Assembly (NCBI GenBank): GCA_013286045.1
Contig: JABDGM010000011.1
Coordinates: 1,944-65,943 of the forward strand
Direction: 5' to 3'
From: Planctomycetota bacterium
GTDB lineage: Bacteria > Planctomycetota > Planctomycetia > Pirellulales > Lacipirellulaceae
DNA: 64,000 bases
In this document: positions 18,243 through 27,790 of the stretch, piece by piece
How the letters are laid out: every line of letters starts with the position of its first letter
Numbering within the stretch: the stretch's first letter is position 1
The notes under the pieces: generated by a model
The model's input: only the letters and a program-made list of their open reading frames with translations
Database searches by the model: none
Told to the model about the DNA's origin: nothing
Program-made: the position numbers and the translations under genes

Positions 18243-18623
18243 TTAAGGCTCAAGATCGTAATTGAATTCGGTTTTATCCGAGGGCAGCGAGATTACGATC
18301 TTCGAATCCCCGTTGTATTTAGCCGGAATGTATTGCTCGCGCGGCACCTCGCCGCCTTTGGGGTCCGGCGGTCCTTTTTCGCGCACCGCACGAATGTTCA
18401 CGGTCCAATCACCCGCCGTGACCTCCGTTTTGTATTTGCCGCCTACGATGGGCGAAACGGCCGTGCGAGCGGCCGACGATTTCGGGATGAGCGTCATCGT
18501 GCCACTTTCAATCGGCGAATTCTTGAAACGCACGACACCCTGAACCGGGTATTTCACAGGACCCTTACTGCAGCCTGCGGCAGTTATGAGACATATTCCG
18601 ATCCAATAAGCGGCGACTTTCAT
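18243..18623 (-). CDS. Small lipoprotein (carboxypeptidase-regulatory-like beta-sandwich), DUF1559 partner
   Basis: Lipobox-like CLITAAGC, then a short all-beta-looking sequence (VQGVVRFKNSPIESGTMTLIPK...GGKYKTEVTAGDWTVNI). It lies immediately downstream of a DUF1559 gene, a pairing that recurs in planctomycetes. Confidence 0.65.
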   Translation of the reverse strand: MKVAAYWIGICLITAAGCSKGPVKYPVQGVVRFKNSPIESGTMTLIPKSSAARTAVSPIVGGKYKTEVTAGDWTVNIRAVREKGPPDPKGGEVPREQYIPAKYNGDSKIVISLPSDKTEFNYDLEP

Positions 18624-18657
18624 AGTGAGTATGAGGCTGATGTTCGTTCAGATCGCG

Positions 18658-19755
18658 TCAATCGCCACGGTCTCGGCTGCCAAGCGCCTGGAATACGACT
18701 CGATCGATGTCCTCACTGATGAGTTCCACCGATCCATCCGCGCGTGCCACATTCGCACCGCCAGGATGGTAACTACGAGCCGTCATAAAATACGCGCCCC
18801 CTTCGCCCTCTTCCGCAATAGGCGCTCGTGACACATCGTTTTTGCTACTAACCCAAGCGAGCTCGTCTCCCCGAGACGAATTGGGAGGCTCTTGGGTTGT
18901 GAATAACACGCCTCCATGCGCCGGGTTGTAGTAACGGCCGCGCGAATCATCCGCCTTGGAGTCCTCCACAAGGCGAATCTCAGACACCAGCGCCGTGTTC
19001 GAGAGCCCATCCGTGCACTTGGCCAATTTCACATTGACGCCACCAATTAGCAGCCCATCCACCTTCGTGCCGGAGAGCAAAAGGTTATCTTTGTAAGTCG
19101 CGTAGTAGGGACTATCCGTCGGAAGCTTGTTCTCGTAGTAGCTTCCCGCACATCCGACGTAGTTGCCAGAAAAGCCTTGCGTTGCTGTTAGGTTCCCCGG
19201 TTGAAATGTATGAATTTTCGGGGAAATCTGATCCGACGGACACACGAAAGTGCGAACCACCGTCGACGCCTGGTCGAAATCAAACGCCGACGGATACGGT
19301 CCCCACGCGAGAGGCTTATTCATGAAGGATTCAAACGCATCGGAGAGGCTGTTCTCTTCAACAAACGAAAGTATGTCCTGAAACCAACAGCGTCGGTCAA
19401 ATTTGTCTTTACTGGCGTCTGGAGAACTACTCACGCCGTTGAACGATCCATACGGAGGAGCCGTGCCGTGAGCCGTGCTGTCGAGATAATTATATGTGCC
19501 GCGCGGCAATTGCTTTTTGGTGTTCTCGTAGTTCAACATCGCCAGGGCGACTTGTTTCATATTGTTTGTGCATTGGCCCCGGCGGGCGGCTTCTCGCGCA
19601 GCTTGAACAGCCGGCAACAGCAGCGCTACCAAAATTCCGATAATCGCGATTACAACCAAAAGTTCGACTAGCGTAAAAGCTCGCCGAAAAAGCGACTCGG
19701 TGCGGCGTTCCAGAGGAGCCCGGTAGGCATTCGTTCGTCGACATCCGCCGGCCAT
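18658..19755 (-). CDS. DUF1559 protein with prepilin-type N-terminal cleavage/methylation domain
   Basis: N-terminus AFTLVELLVVIAIIGILVALLLPAVQAAREAARRGQCTNNMKQVALAMLNYE. C-terminal H-X9-DG type motif YHPGGANVARADGSVELI. Confidence 0.9.
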   Translation of the reverse strand: MAGGCRRTNAYRAPLERRTESLFRRAFTLVELLVVIAIIGILVALLLPAVQAAREAARRGQCTNNMKQVALAMLNYENTKKQLPRGTYNYLDSTAHGTAPPYGSFNGVSSSPDASKDKFDRRCWFQDILSFVEENSLSDAFESFMNKPLAWGPYPSAFDFDQASTVVRTFVCPSDQISPKIHTFQPGNLTATQGFSGNYVGCAGSYYENKLPTDSPYYATYKDNLLLSGTKVDGLLIGGVNVKLAKCTDGLSNTALVSEIRLVEDSKADDSRGRYYNPAHGGVLFTTQEPPNSSRGDELAWVSSKNDVSRAPIAEEGEGGAYFMTARSYHPGGANVARADGSVELISEDIDRVVFQALGSRDRGD

Positions 19756-19798
19756 CGTGTTAGTCCTTCAAAACCGAGTGATCGAACTTGCCATCAGC

Positions 19799-21157
19799 TT
19801 ACCGTCGGCGTCCATAAAAAAGACCGACTAGACCAATCGCGAGCACAGCTGTCGACGGCTCAGGAACGGCAATCGAGCTTCCCAAATTGCCGGCGCCGCT
19901 GCCGCCTGAAGCGGCGTTCCGCCAAACAACGTAGTCGGCGGCATCGACGACGCCATTGCCATTGCCATCAGCTGCGAGACTGGACGTTGAGCCGAAATTC
20001 TGTCGCCAAAGATTGTAGTCGTCTGAATTCACGACGCCGTCTTGGTTGTAGTCTCCCGGCACAATCGTAGTTCCGGGGCCGGAAAACGCGCGCAGCTCTG
20101 CAAACGAAAGGTACTCGTTCCGCGTCGTTTCAACCCGAACGAACTCCCCAAAGATCCCGGCGGTGTTGACGATATGATCGTATCCAGGGTTCGGATCCGT
20201 AAGCGCATTGTTGTCCACGATGTACGATCCGGTGACCGTTGTATCATCCGGTCCGTAGACGGTAACTTTATATTGCGAAGTGGTGTAGTTATCGCCGCGT
20301 GCGAACAGTTGCAAATGGTCAAGCTGCGTGTTGGAGCCAAGATCGACTTGCCAGTATTCGCCCACACCCGGCGTTGCTGAATGGTACACGGGTCGATACA
20401 GGCCTGTGCCGAAACTGCTGTCGATATTTCCATCATTGCCGCTGGAAATCAGTGCGCCAAAGCCGGGCGGCGAAGAGGTCGTCACCGGCTTGCCAGCCGC
20501 GATATTGTTGCTCTCAGTAAATTGAAGTGGATGTTGCGCGCCGATCACTTCGAATTCGGAAAATGTGAGCCAATAGTACGTCGATTGATCGGGAGGGGTT
20601 TCTTCGAATCGTACGAATCGCCCCAAGGTGCCTGTGGCTGCCCCACCTGCCGCGGTGGATCCCGGATCAGTCGTCCCCCACGTGCCAACTCCGTAGTACT
20701 GCGGACTAGTATTATATTGACGAGTAAACGCAACATTTCCTGGGTGCCCGGTGCCGTCATCTTGATAGATAGTTAGAGTCATTGGACCGAACACACCTTG
20801 GTCGGCGTCGGTGCGGCGCAAGACTTGGACGCGATCGATGTAAGCGCTCGCTCCCAGGTCAACTTGATAAAAGAGTTGCGATGTGCCTGGTGGCGCAGAA
20901 GTGTTCGGGTTTTCATAGAACACGGAACCATCGCCGAAATTTCCATCGCGGTTGCCATCTATGGCGTCGGTGATGGACGATCCAAAATCCTCGCCAGACG
21001 CAGTTGCGGTGACGCCAGGCAAAAGAGATAGGTTGACCGTGCCGGGAAGCGCGTAGGCCCTCTGAATGATCCCGCAAGCGGCCGCCAAGCAAATGATTGA
21101 AGCGATACGCGGCGCGGAAAGTCCGACTCGCGAGTGAACGAAGCTCCCTAAACGCAT
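19799..21157 (-). CDS. Paralogous discoidin-like x2 protein with dockerin-like repeats and a PEP-CTERM anchor
   Basis: Same two-module layout as 17090..18193, with long near-identical nucleotide stretches (e.g. gccaaagccgggcggcga..gtcgtcaccggcttgcca). It also carries DYNQDGVVNSDDYNLWRQNFG...DGNGNGVVDAADYVVWR, then VPEPSTAVLAIGLVGLFYGRRR. The track start at 21229 is TTG. I prefer the ATG at 21157 (MRLGSFVHS...IICLAAACGIIQRAYA, signal peptide). Confidence 0.8.
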   Translation of the reverse strand: MRLGSFVHSRVGLSAPRIASIICLAAACGIIQRAYALPGTVNLSLLPGVTATASGEDFGSSITDAIDGNRDGNFGDGSVFYENPNTSAPPGTSQLFYQVDLGASAYIDRVQVLRRTDADQGVFGPMTLTIYQDDGTGHPGNVAFTRQYNTSPQYYGVGTWGTTDPGSTAAGGAATGTLGRFVRFEETPPDQSTYYWLTFSEFEVIGAQHPLQFTESNNIAAGKPVTTSSPPGFGALISSGNDGNIDSSFGTGLYRPVYHSATPGVGEYWQVDLGSNTQLDHLQLFARGDNYTTSQYKVTVYGPDDTTVTGSYIVDNNALTDPNPGYDHIVNTAGIFGEFVRVETTRNEYLSFAELRAFSGPGTTIVPGDYNQDGVVNSDDYNLWRQNFGSTSSLAADGNGNGVVDAADYVVWRNAASGGSGAGNLGSSIAVPEPSTAVLAIGLVGLFYGRRR

Positions 21158-21480
21158 GATCCTAGATCTCCGCCTGCGTGGTAATTCAAAACATGCGACA
21201 CCGAAAAAATTCTGACTTACTCGCCTCAAAGAAAGCCAGCAGCTGAAGAGCCGCCCTAACGCGGTTCATTGTAGTCGCGTATTTCGCGTTTTACGTCTAA
21301 ATGTCCAGACGTTTCGGGCTTCGTCGATCAGCGAGAAACACGATCGCAAAAATTGCGAATCACGTATTTCTGCACTGCCGCAACAAGTCTGACGAATATC
21401 AAAACTCGTTGTGACGAAAAATGGAAATCGTTCTGCCGCAATCTGTAAAAAAGATTCTCTGTCTTTTTCACCACGGCGCG

Positions 21481-22671
21481 CTACGGATTTGAAAACAGTT
21501 GCGTTTGTTTGCGAAAATCGCCAGGCGTCAGCCCAGCATGGCGCTTGAAAGCGGTCGCGAATTGAGAGGCACTTCCGTAGCCTGTCATCGTGGCAATCTT
21601 TGAGAGCTTGTAACGCGTTTCCATCAATAGCAGCTTGGACCGCGACATCCGCACGCGCTCGATTTCCATTGCTGGCGTCCGTGCAAATGCGGCATGAAAG
21701 CGCCGCTCCAGCGTCGACCGACTTACGTGCAATTGCGAAACGACGTCTTGCACGCTTAGCCCTTCACACGCATGATCTCGAATCAACTGCATCGCCGCCG
21801 CCACTTCGCGATCGTCTACCGCAGTTGCTTCCGATGAAAGCCGGTGCGCAATTCCTTTCGGCGGAATGAAAATCGTATCTTTCGGTGGTGTGTCGCCGCT
21901 CATCATGGAATCGAGCAGGGCTGCCCCCTCATAGCCGATTCGCAACGTATCTGGTTGCACGCTGCTCAGCGGGGGATTCGACAGTTCGCAAATCACTTCA
22001 TCGTCATCGACCCCAATAATGGCAACCTCCTCCGGCACGCTAAGGTCCGATCGATTGCAAGCATCGATGATTTGGCGGCCGCGCACATCGTTGCACGCAA
22101 ACACGGCCAGGGGGCGCGGCAACGATTGCAACCACTCGGCAATTGCAGCGCCTTCCAATTCGCCGCGCGCCTCCCATCCGAGCACGTCTGTATGAGACTG
22201 AAGATGTGGGTGTGGCGAATAGACGTGGACATCCATGCCGCGGCTCTTGAGATACTCGACATATGCACTCAGGCGTCGCTCAGAAAAATCAACGCCCGGG
22301 AAGCCGATATAGGCGAAATGACGGAAGCCAATGTCGAGAAAATGCTCCGCCGCCATCCTTGTCACAATACGCGGATCGGTGTCGAGCATGGCGCCATTAG
22401 CTGGTCGGTGCGAACCGCGCAAATCGACCGTCGGCACCCCAAGGTCGGCAACCGCTTTGGCGATCTTCTCGTTTTCAATGCGAGCGACAATGCCGTCCCC
22501 TTTCCATGACCGAAGAAACTTGGGCAGGTTCTCCGTTAAACCGCGCTCGATATGCAGCACGCTCCAGCGGCCGTGCGACCGCACATACGCTGCAACCCCC
22601 AACAGACATCCGCGGCCGTAGGCTCGGGAACTTTCGATCAGCAGCATCACTCGCTTGCGATCGGTCGGCAT
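21481..22671 (-). CDS. XylR-like regulator (sugar-binding periplasmic-binding-protein fold + AraC-type HTH)
   Basis: N-terminus RVMLLIESSRAYGRGCLLGVAAYVRSHGRW and LacI/XylR-type sensor stretches (VFACNDVRGRQIIDAC..., IIGVDDDEVICE). C-terminal AraC HTH (VQDVVSQLHVSRSTLERRFHAAF...KLSKIATMTGYGSASQFATAFKRHAGLTPGDFR). The track start at 22731 is TTG. The ATG at 22671 fits family N-termini better. Confidence 0.85.
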   Translation of the reverse strand: MPTDRKRVMLLIESSRAYGRGCLLGVAAYVRSHGRWSVLHIERGLTENLPKFLRSWKGDGIVARIENEKIAKAVADLGVPTVDLRGSHRPANGAMLDTDPRIVTRMAAEHFLDIGFRHFAYIGFPGVDFSERRLSAYVEYLKSRGMDVHVYSPHPHLQSHTDVLGWEARGELEGAAIAEWLQSLPRPLAVFACNDVRGRQIIDACNRSDLSVPEEVAIIGVDDDEVICELSNPPLSSVQPDTLRIGYEGAALLDSMMSGDTPPKDTIFIPPKGIAHRLSSEATAVDDREVAAAMQLIRDHACEGLSVQDVVSQLHVSRSTLERRFHAAFARTPAMEIERVRMSRSKLLLMETRYKLSKIATMTGYGSASQFATAFKRHAGLTPGDFRKQTQLFSNP

Positions 22672-22912
22672 GAGCTTAAATCGCTTAGTAAGGGGGCGTG
22701 ATGAAATGTGTGAATCGAGAACAGCCTGCAATCAGACGTCACGGCGATAATGTGAGGAAAAGTGTAACTCATCCTAATCGTAGTTGCTTCCGCACGCTCT
22801 TGTCAGCGCCTGACGAAATATGACAAACGAATGAGGCATGCGATGAATGATGGAAATGCAATTGTCAGTTTCAATGAAGGGAGCAGTTTACTTTTCCGGC
22901 CACGGCGGATCC

Positions 22913-25900
22913 ATGTCCAAACAAGATCACAAATGCGCGGTCCGCGCCTGGCGCGAACGGATCACGATTCCGACCTACGAAGCCGGTCAACCCGATCCCA
23001 ACCCTGTCTTCTTGGAAAAGCGCGTCTACCAGGGGAGCAGCGGCGCCGTTTACCCCTATCCGGTCGTCGAATCGATTTCGGACTCGAAAGTTGACCGCGA
23101 TTACGATGCCATTTTCCTTGAGAACGAATATCTCAAGATTCTCATTTTGCCGGAGCTCGGCGGTCGAGTGCAAATGGCGCTCGACAAAACGAACAATTAC
23201 CACTTTGTCTACTACAATCGCGTAATCAAGCCGGCACTGGTCGGCTTGGCAGGGCCGTGGATTAGCGGCGGCATCGAATTCAATTGGCCGCAGCACCATC
23301 GGCCAAGCACATTCCATCCGGTTGCAACCGATATCATCCCAAGCGACGACGGCGCATGGACCGTGTGGTGCAATGAAATCGATCGGATGGTCGGAACGCG
23401 CGGCATGCATGGCTTTCGGTTGTACCCTGGCAAAGCCTACCTGGAAGTTCTTGTGCGGCTATCGAATCGCACTTCGATGCCGGAGACGTTCTTGTGGTGG
23501 GCGAACCCGGCCGTACACGTGGACGAGAACCACCAGTCAATCTTTCCGCCCGACGTTCACGCGGTGATGGATCACGGCAAGCGCGATCTGAGCAGCTTTC
23601 CGATCGCCACCGGCGAGTATTACAGAGTCGACTACTCACCGGGTACCGACATCAGCCGCTATAAGAATATTCCGGTGCCGACGTCCTACATGGCGCATCA
23701 CTCGGATTACGACTTTGTCGGCTCGTACGATCACGGTCGCCAAGCGGGACTCGTACACATCGCGAGCCATCATATTTCGCCGGGCAAAAAGCAATGGACT
23801 TGGGGTTGCGGCGAATTCGGACAGGCGTGGGATCGCCAGCTCACGGATGAAGACGGCCCCTACATCGAGCTGATGTGCGGCGTTTACACTGACAATCAGC
23901 CCGACTTCAGTTGGCTTAGCCCTGGCGAAGAGCGGTCATTCTCCCAGTATTTCATGCCATACAAAGGCGTCGGCGTCATCAAGAATGCAACCATCGACGC
24001 GGTATTGGGACTCGACGTCGAAGGATCTCGCGCAACACTTCGCGTCTACACGACTGCAGAGCGTTCTTCAGCGCACATTGTATTGAGGACAACTGATGTT
24101 ATTCTACTCGACGAGAAGTTCGATGCTTCCCCACTTACTTGTCGCGAGTTCGAAATAAAACTGCCGGCCGGCGTTGAGCAGAACGATTTACGCGTCTCAG
24201 TGTATGATTCGGCCGGCTCCGAACTCGTTAGCTACAGCGCAAAGCCGCATGAAATTGACTTCCCAGAGCCCGCCTTGGCGATCGCCCACCCAGAAAAAAT
24301 TGACTCCAATGAGGCGCTCTATCTAGCCGGCCTGCATTTGGAGCAATATCGCCACGCGACTCGCCAAGCGGAAGACTACTACGGCGAGGCGCTATTCCGT
24401 GATCCAGGCGATATCCGATGCAACTTGGCGCTCGGTCGCACTTTTTACCGCCGTGGCCAGTATCGAGCGGCGGAATCGCATTTCCGTACTGCGGTTGAGC
24501 GCGCGATTAGCCACAATCCGAATCCAGCCAGCAGCGAGTGCTATTACGAACTCGGCCTGTCTCTCGCAGCTCAGCGTCGATTCGAAGAGGCGGAAGCTGC
24601 GTTTTACAAATCGACTTGGTCGCCTCCGTTTCAGGACGCTGCCTATTTCCAACTGGCGCGAATTGCAACAAGACGGGACGAGTGGGCCGTAGCGGAAGAC
24701 TTGCTTCGACATTGCCTTGATCGCAATGCGAGGCATCAGCAGGCCATCCATCTGCTTGTAGTTTCGCTGGTATTCCAAAACAAGCGAGACATAGCCGTCG
24801 ACTTAATCGATCGCGAGCTGGCGCGCGATCCCTTCAACCTCGGACTGCTTTTTGAGAAGGAATTTTTTATCGATCGCATCACGAAGGTTTACCAGAACCG
24901 GATGGGAAGCGACTCCCACAATTACATTGAACTGGCAATCGACTATGCGGCCGCCGGCTGCGACGAACGCGCGAGTGCAGTGTTGCGATTGGATCGTGAG
25001 CGAAGCGTAAACAACCCCGAATCCTCACTTGTCTACTACTATCTGGCGGACTTCGCAGATCAGATGGGAAACTCTCAAGAGGCCATGCGATATTCGATGC
25101 TTGGCGCACAGTCGCCAAGGCAAGGATTCTTTCCCAACCGGCGCGAGGATCTCGCGGTATTGGAATCAGCCGTCTCGCGACTGCCTGACGACTTTCGCGC
25201 TTGCTGCGATATCGGCAATCTTCTGTATAGCAAGCGCCGCTACGATGAAGCCATTGACGCCTGGGAAGCGGCACGCGATATCGCCCCCGACTTCCCGCAA
25301 CCCTACCGAAATCTGGGCCTCGCGTACTTCAACCAACGGCAAGATCCGACCGCTGCTTGGAACTCGCTGGAACGCGCTTTCCAACTCGACTCGGACGACG
25401 CCCGCGTTCTGTACGAGCTAGATCAGCTCGCGAAGCGGCTAAATCACGCGCCTCAAGAGCGTCTGGAGCGCTTCGATGCATATGGCGGATGCGTTTGTCG
25501 TCGAGACGACTTGGCGATTGAGCAAATCACGTTGCTAAGTCAGCTCGGCCGACATGAAAGGGCGCTCGAGCTATTGCTTCACAGGCACTTCCATCCGTGG
25601 GAAGGTGGTGAGGGGAAAGTTTCATCGCAGTACGTGCTGAGTTTAACGGAATTGGCTCGAAAGGCTCTTGCCGCAGATCGATTTGGCGACGCGATCGACT
25701 TTTTGGAGCAGGCGCTCCATTGGCCCCACTCGTTGGGCGAAGGTAAATTGGCCGGCATTCAAGAAAACAACATCCACTATTGGTTGGGACAAGCTCACCA
25801 ACAGATCGGTCACGAAGACGTCGCCCGCCGATGGTTTGAGCAAGCGAGCGTCGGCCTCGCTGAGCCGTCGTCCGCACAGTATTACAACGATCAACCGCCG

Positions 25901-26263
25901 GAAATGATCTTCTATCAAGGACTCGCGCTGCGAGCGCTAGCAAACGAGACCGCGGCGATCGAGCGCTTCGAGAGGTTGATCGGTTACGGCCAGGCACACC
26001 TGAACGACGACATCACCATCGACTACTTTGCCGTATCGCTGCCCGATTTCCTCGTATTTGAAGCCGACCTCGCGGCAAAGAATGAGTTGCACTGCCGCTA
26101 TATGCTCGCCCTCGGCTATGTGGGACTTGGCAAAGATCGCCTGGCGGAACAAGAGTTTGCGAATATACTTCAACTCGACGCGAATCACTTGGGCGCGCTC
26201 GTCCATCGAAATCTCTGTAAAACGGACGCGCGGCCGGTCCTGCATAAGACGTCGCGACCATGA
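22913..26263 (+). CDS. DUF5107-like domain protein fused to a long TPR region
   Basis: The N-terminal third resembles DUF5107 (ITIPTYEAGQPDPNPVFLEKRVYQGSSGAVYPYPV...NEYLKILILPELGGRV...GGIEFNWPQHHRPS). The C-terminal ~650 aa are TPR-like. Start is uncertain: ATGs at 22847 and 22913. Confidence 0.72.
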   Translation: MSKQDHKCAVRAWRERITIPTYEAGQPDPNPVFLEKRVYQGSSGAVYPYPVVESISDSKVDRDYDAIFLENEYLKILILPELGGRVQMALDKTNNYHFVYYNRVIKPALVGLAGPWISGGIEFNWPQHHRPSTFHPVATDIIPSDDGAWTVWCNEIDRMVGTRGMHGFRLYPGKAYLEVLVRLSNRTSMPETFLWWANPAVHVDENHQSIFPPDVHAVMDHGKRDLSSFPIATGEYYRVDYSPGTDISRYKNIPVPTSYMAHHSDYDFVGSYDHGRQAGLVHIASHHISPGKKQWTWGCGEFGQAWDRQLTDEDGPYIELMCGVYTDNQPDFSWLSPGEERSFSQYFMPYKGVGVIKNATIDAVLGLDVEGSRATLRVYTTAERSSAHIVLRTTDVILLDEKFDASPLTCREFEIKLPAGVEQNDLRVSVYDSAGSELVSYSAKPHEIDFPEPALAIAHPEKIDSNEALYLAGLHLEQYRHATRQAEDYYGEALFRDPGDIRCNLALGRTFYRRGQYRAAESHFRTAVERAISHNPNPASSECYYELGLSLAAQRRFEEAEAAFYKSTWSPPFQDAAYFQLARIATRRDEWAVAEDLLRHCLDRNARHQQAIHLLVVSLVFQNKRDIAVDLIDRELARDPFNLGLLFEKEFFIDRITKVYQNRMGSDSHNYIELAIDYAAAGCDERASAVLRLDRERSVNNPESSLVYYYLADFADQMGNSQEAMRYSMLGAQSPRQGFFPNRREDLAVLESAVSRLPDDFRACCDIGNLLYSKRRYDEAIDAWEAARDIAPDFPQPYRNLGLAYFNQRQDPTAAWNSLERAFQLDSDDARVLYELDQLAKRLNHAPQERLERFDAYGGCVCRRDDLAIEQITLLSQLGRHERALELLLHRHFHPWEGGEGKVSSQYVLSLTELARKALAADRFGDAIDFLEQALHWPHSLGEGKLAGIQENNIHYWLGQAHQQIGHEDVARRWFEQASVGLAEPSSAQYYNDQPPEMIFYQGLALRALANETAAIERFERLIGYGQAHLNDDITIDYFAVSLPDFLVFEADLAAKNELHCRYMLALGYVGLGKDRLAEQEFANILQLDANHLGALVHRNLCKTDARPVLHKTSRP

Positions 26264-27741
26264 CCACCAGAACTTTGGGTGCAGAAAGCCGCGGCGCTGG
26301 GAGCTCATCTCCGTCGATGGTCGGGGATGGCGTGCTGCGGCGACCCGAGACCGAAGCGCAATTTCGAATGGTGTTTCTGTGGGCCATCTGTCTCGTGGCG
26401 GCAATGGGCGGATTGCTGTTCGGTTATGACTGGGTAGTAATAGGCGGGGCAAAGCCATTCTACGAATTGTATTTCGCCATCTCCGACAGCCCCTTCATGC
26501 AAGGGTTGGCCATGAGCGCGGCCTTGTTCGGCTGTCTCATTGGCGCAGCCGCATCCGGAATCTTTGCCGATCGCTTCGGACGCAAATGGCTGCTGGTGTT
26601 GTCGGCCTTCCTCTTCGCTGCCAGCTCAATAGGTACCGCGGTCGCGCCAGGGTTCGGAACGTTCGGCATCGCGAGGCTCGCTGGCGGGATCGGGATCGGA
26701 CTCGCATCTAATCTGTCTCCGATGTACATTGCAGAAATCAGCCCCGCGCGCATGCGCGGTCAATTCGTGGCGGTCAATCAGCTGACGGTTGTGGTCGGCA
26801 TCCTAGCCGCTCAAATAGTCAATTGGCTGATTGCACGAAATGTCCCATCCGATGCCACGTCAACGCTGCTTGCAGGAAGTTGGTACGCCCAATTCGGTTG
26901 GCGCTGGATGTTCGCAGCGTGCGCCATTCCCGCTGCTGCGTTTTTCTTCCTGATGCTCTTCGTTCCGGAAAGCCCGCGCTGGTTGGCAAAAGCCGGCCGC
27001 TTCAGCGAAGCCGAGAATGTGTTGCGAAAAATTGGCGGCAAGGAATTTGCGCATTCGGAAATCGAGAATATCCGCGAGACTCTCAGCAACGATGAAATTG
27101 GCCGCGTGCACTTCCGCGACCTACTGGCGCCCGGCGTTTCGCGAATTCTTGTGCTTGGAATCGCGCTCGCCGTTTTGCAGCAATGGTGCGGGATCAATGT
27201 GATTTTCAATTACGCACAGGAAGTGTTCTCTGCCGCCGGATATAGCGTCAGCGGCATCATGCAATCCATCGTCATTACCGGCGTCGTGAATCTTGTGTTT
27301 ACGTTTGTCGCCATCTTCACGGTCGATCGCTTAGGAAGGCGCCCATTGATGCTACTTGGCGCAGCAGGACTTGCGGCAATCTATGTTGTCCTCGGCGCTG
27401 CTTACTACGCGCAGAGTCACGGCGTCCACATGGTCGCACTAATCGTTGTCGCCATCGGCTGCTATGCGATGTCGCTGGCGCCAGTTACCTGGGTCGTGAT
27501 TGCCGAGATTTTTCCAAATCGCATTCGTGGGGCTGCGATGTCCGTCGCCGTAGTCGCGTTGTGGACCGCATGCACTGTCCTAACATTCACATTCCCATAC
27601 CTGAATCTTTATCTAGGTGCGCACGGCACGTTCTGGCTCTACGCGGCGATCTGCATTGCCGGCTTTTTCTTCATTTGGCAGCGATTGCCCGAGACGAAAG
27701 ACAAATCGCTCGAACAAATCGAGGCCGAACTGACCGCTTGA
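26260..27741 (+). CDS. MFS sugar porter (sugar:H+ symporter family)
   Basis: Sugar-porter signatures GLLFGYD, DRFGRKW, PESPRWL, and PETKDKSLEQIE at the C-terminus. About 12 TM segments. Its ATG overlaps the upstream stop (ATGA at 26260-26263). Confidence 0.9.
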   Translation: MTTRTLGAESRGAGSSSPSMVGDGVLRRPETEAQFRMVFLWAICLVAAMGGLLFGYDWVVIGGAKPFYELYFAISDSPFMQGLAMSAALFGCLIGAAASGIFADRFGRKWLLVLSAFLFAASSIGTAVAPGFGTFGIARLAGGIGIGLASNLSPMYIAEISPARMRGQFVAVNQLTVVVGILAAQIVNWLIARNVPSDATSTLLAGSWYAQFGWRWMFAACAIPAAAFFFLMLFVPESPRWLAKAGRFSEAENVLRKIGGKEFAHSEIENIRETLSNDEIGRVHFRDLLAPGVSRILVLGIALAVLQQWCGINVIFNYAQEVFSAAGYSVSGIMQSIVITGVVNLVFTFVAIFTVDRLGRRPLMLLGAAGLAAIYVVLGAAYYAQSHGVHMVALIVVAIGCYAMSLAPVTWVVIAEIFPNRIRGAAMSVAVVALWTACTVLTFTFPYLNLYLGAHGTFWLYAAICIAGFFFIWQRLPETKDKSLEQIEAELTA

Positions 27742-27790
27742 GGATCTTCGCACCACGAGTGGCTGTTGCGCAGCCTACGGACACCGACTC

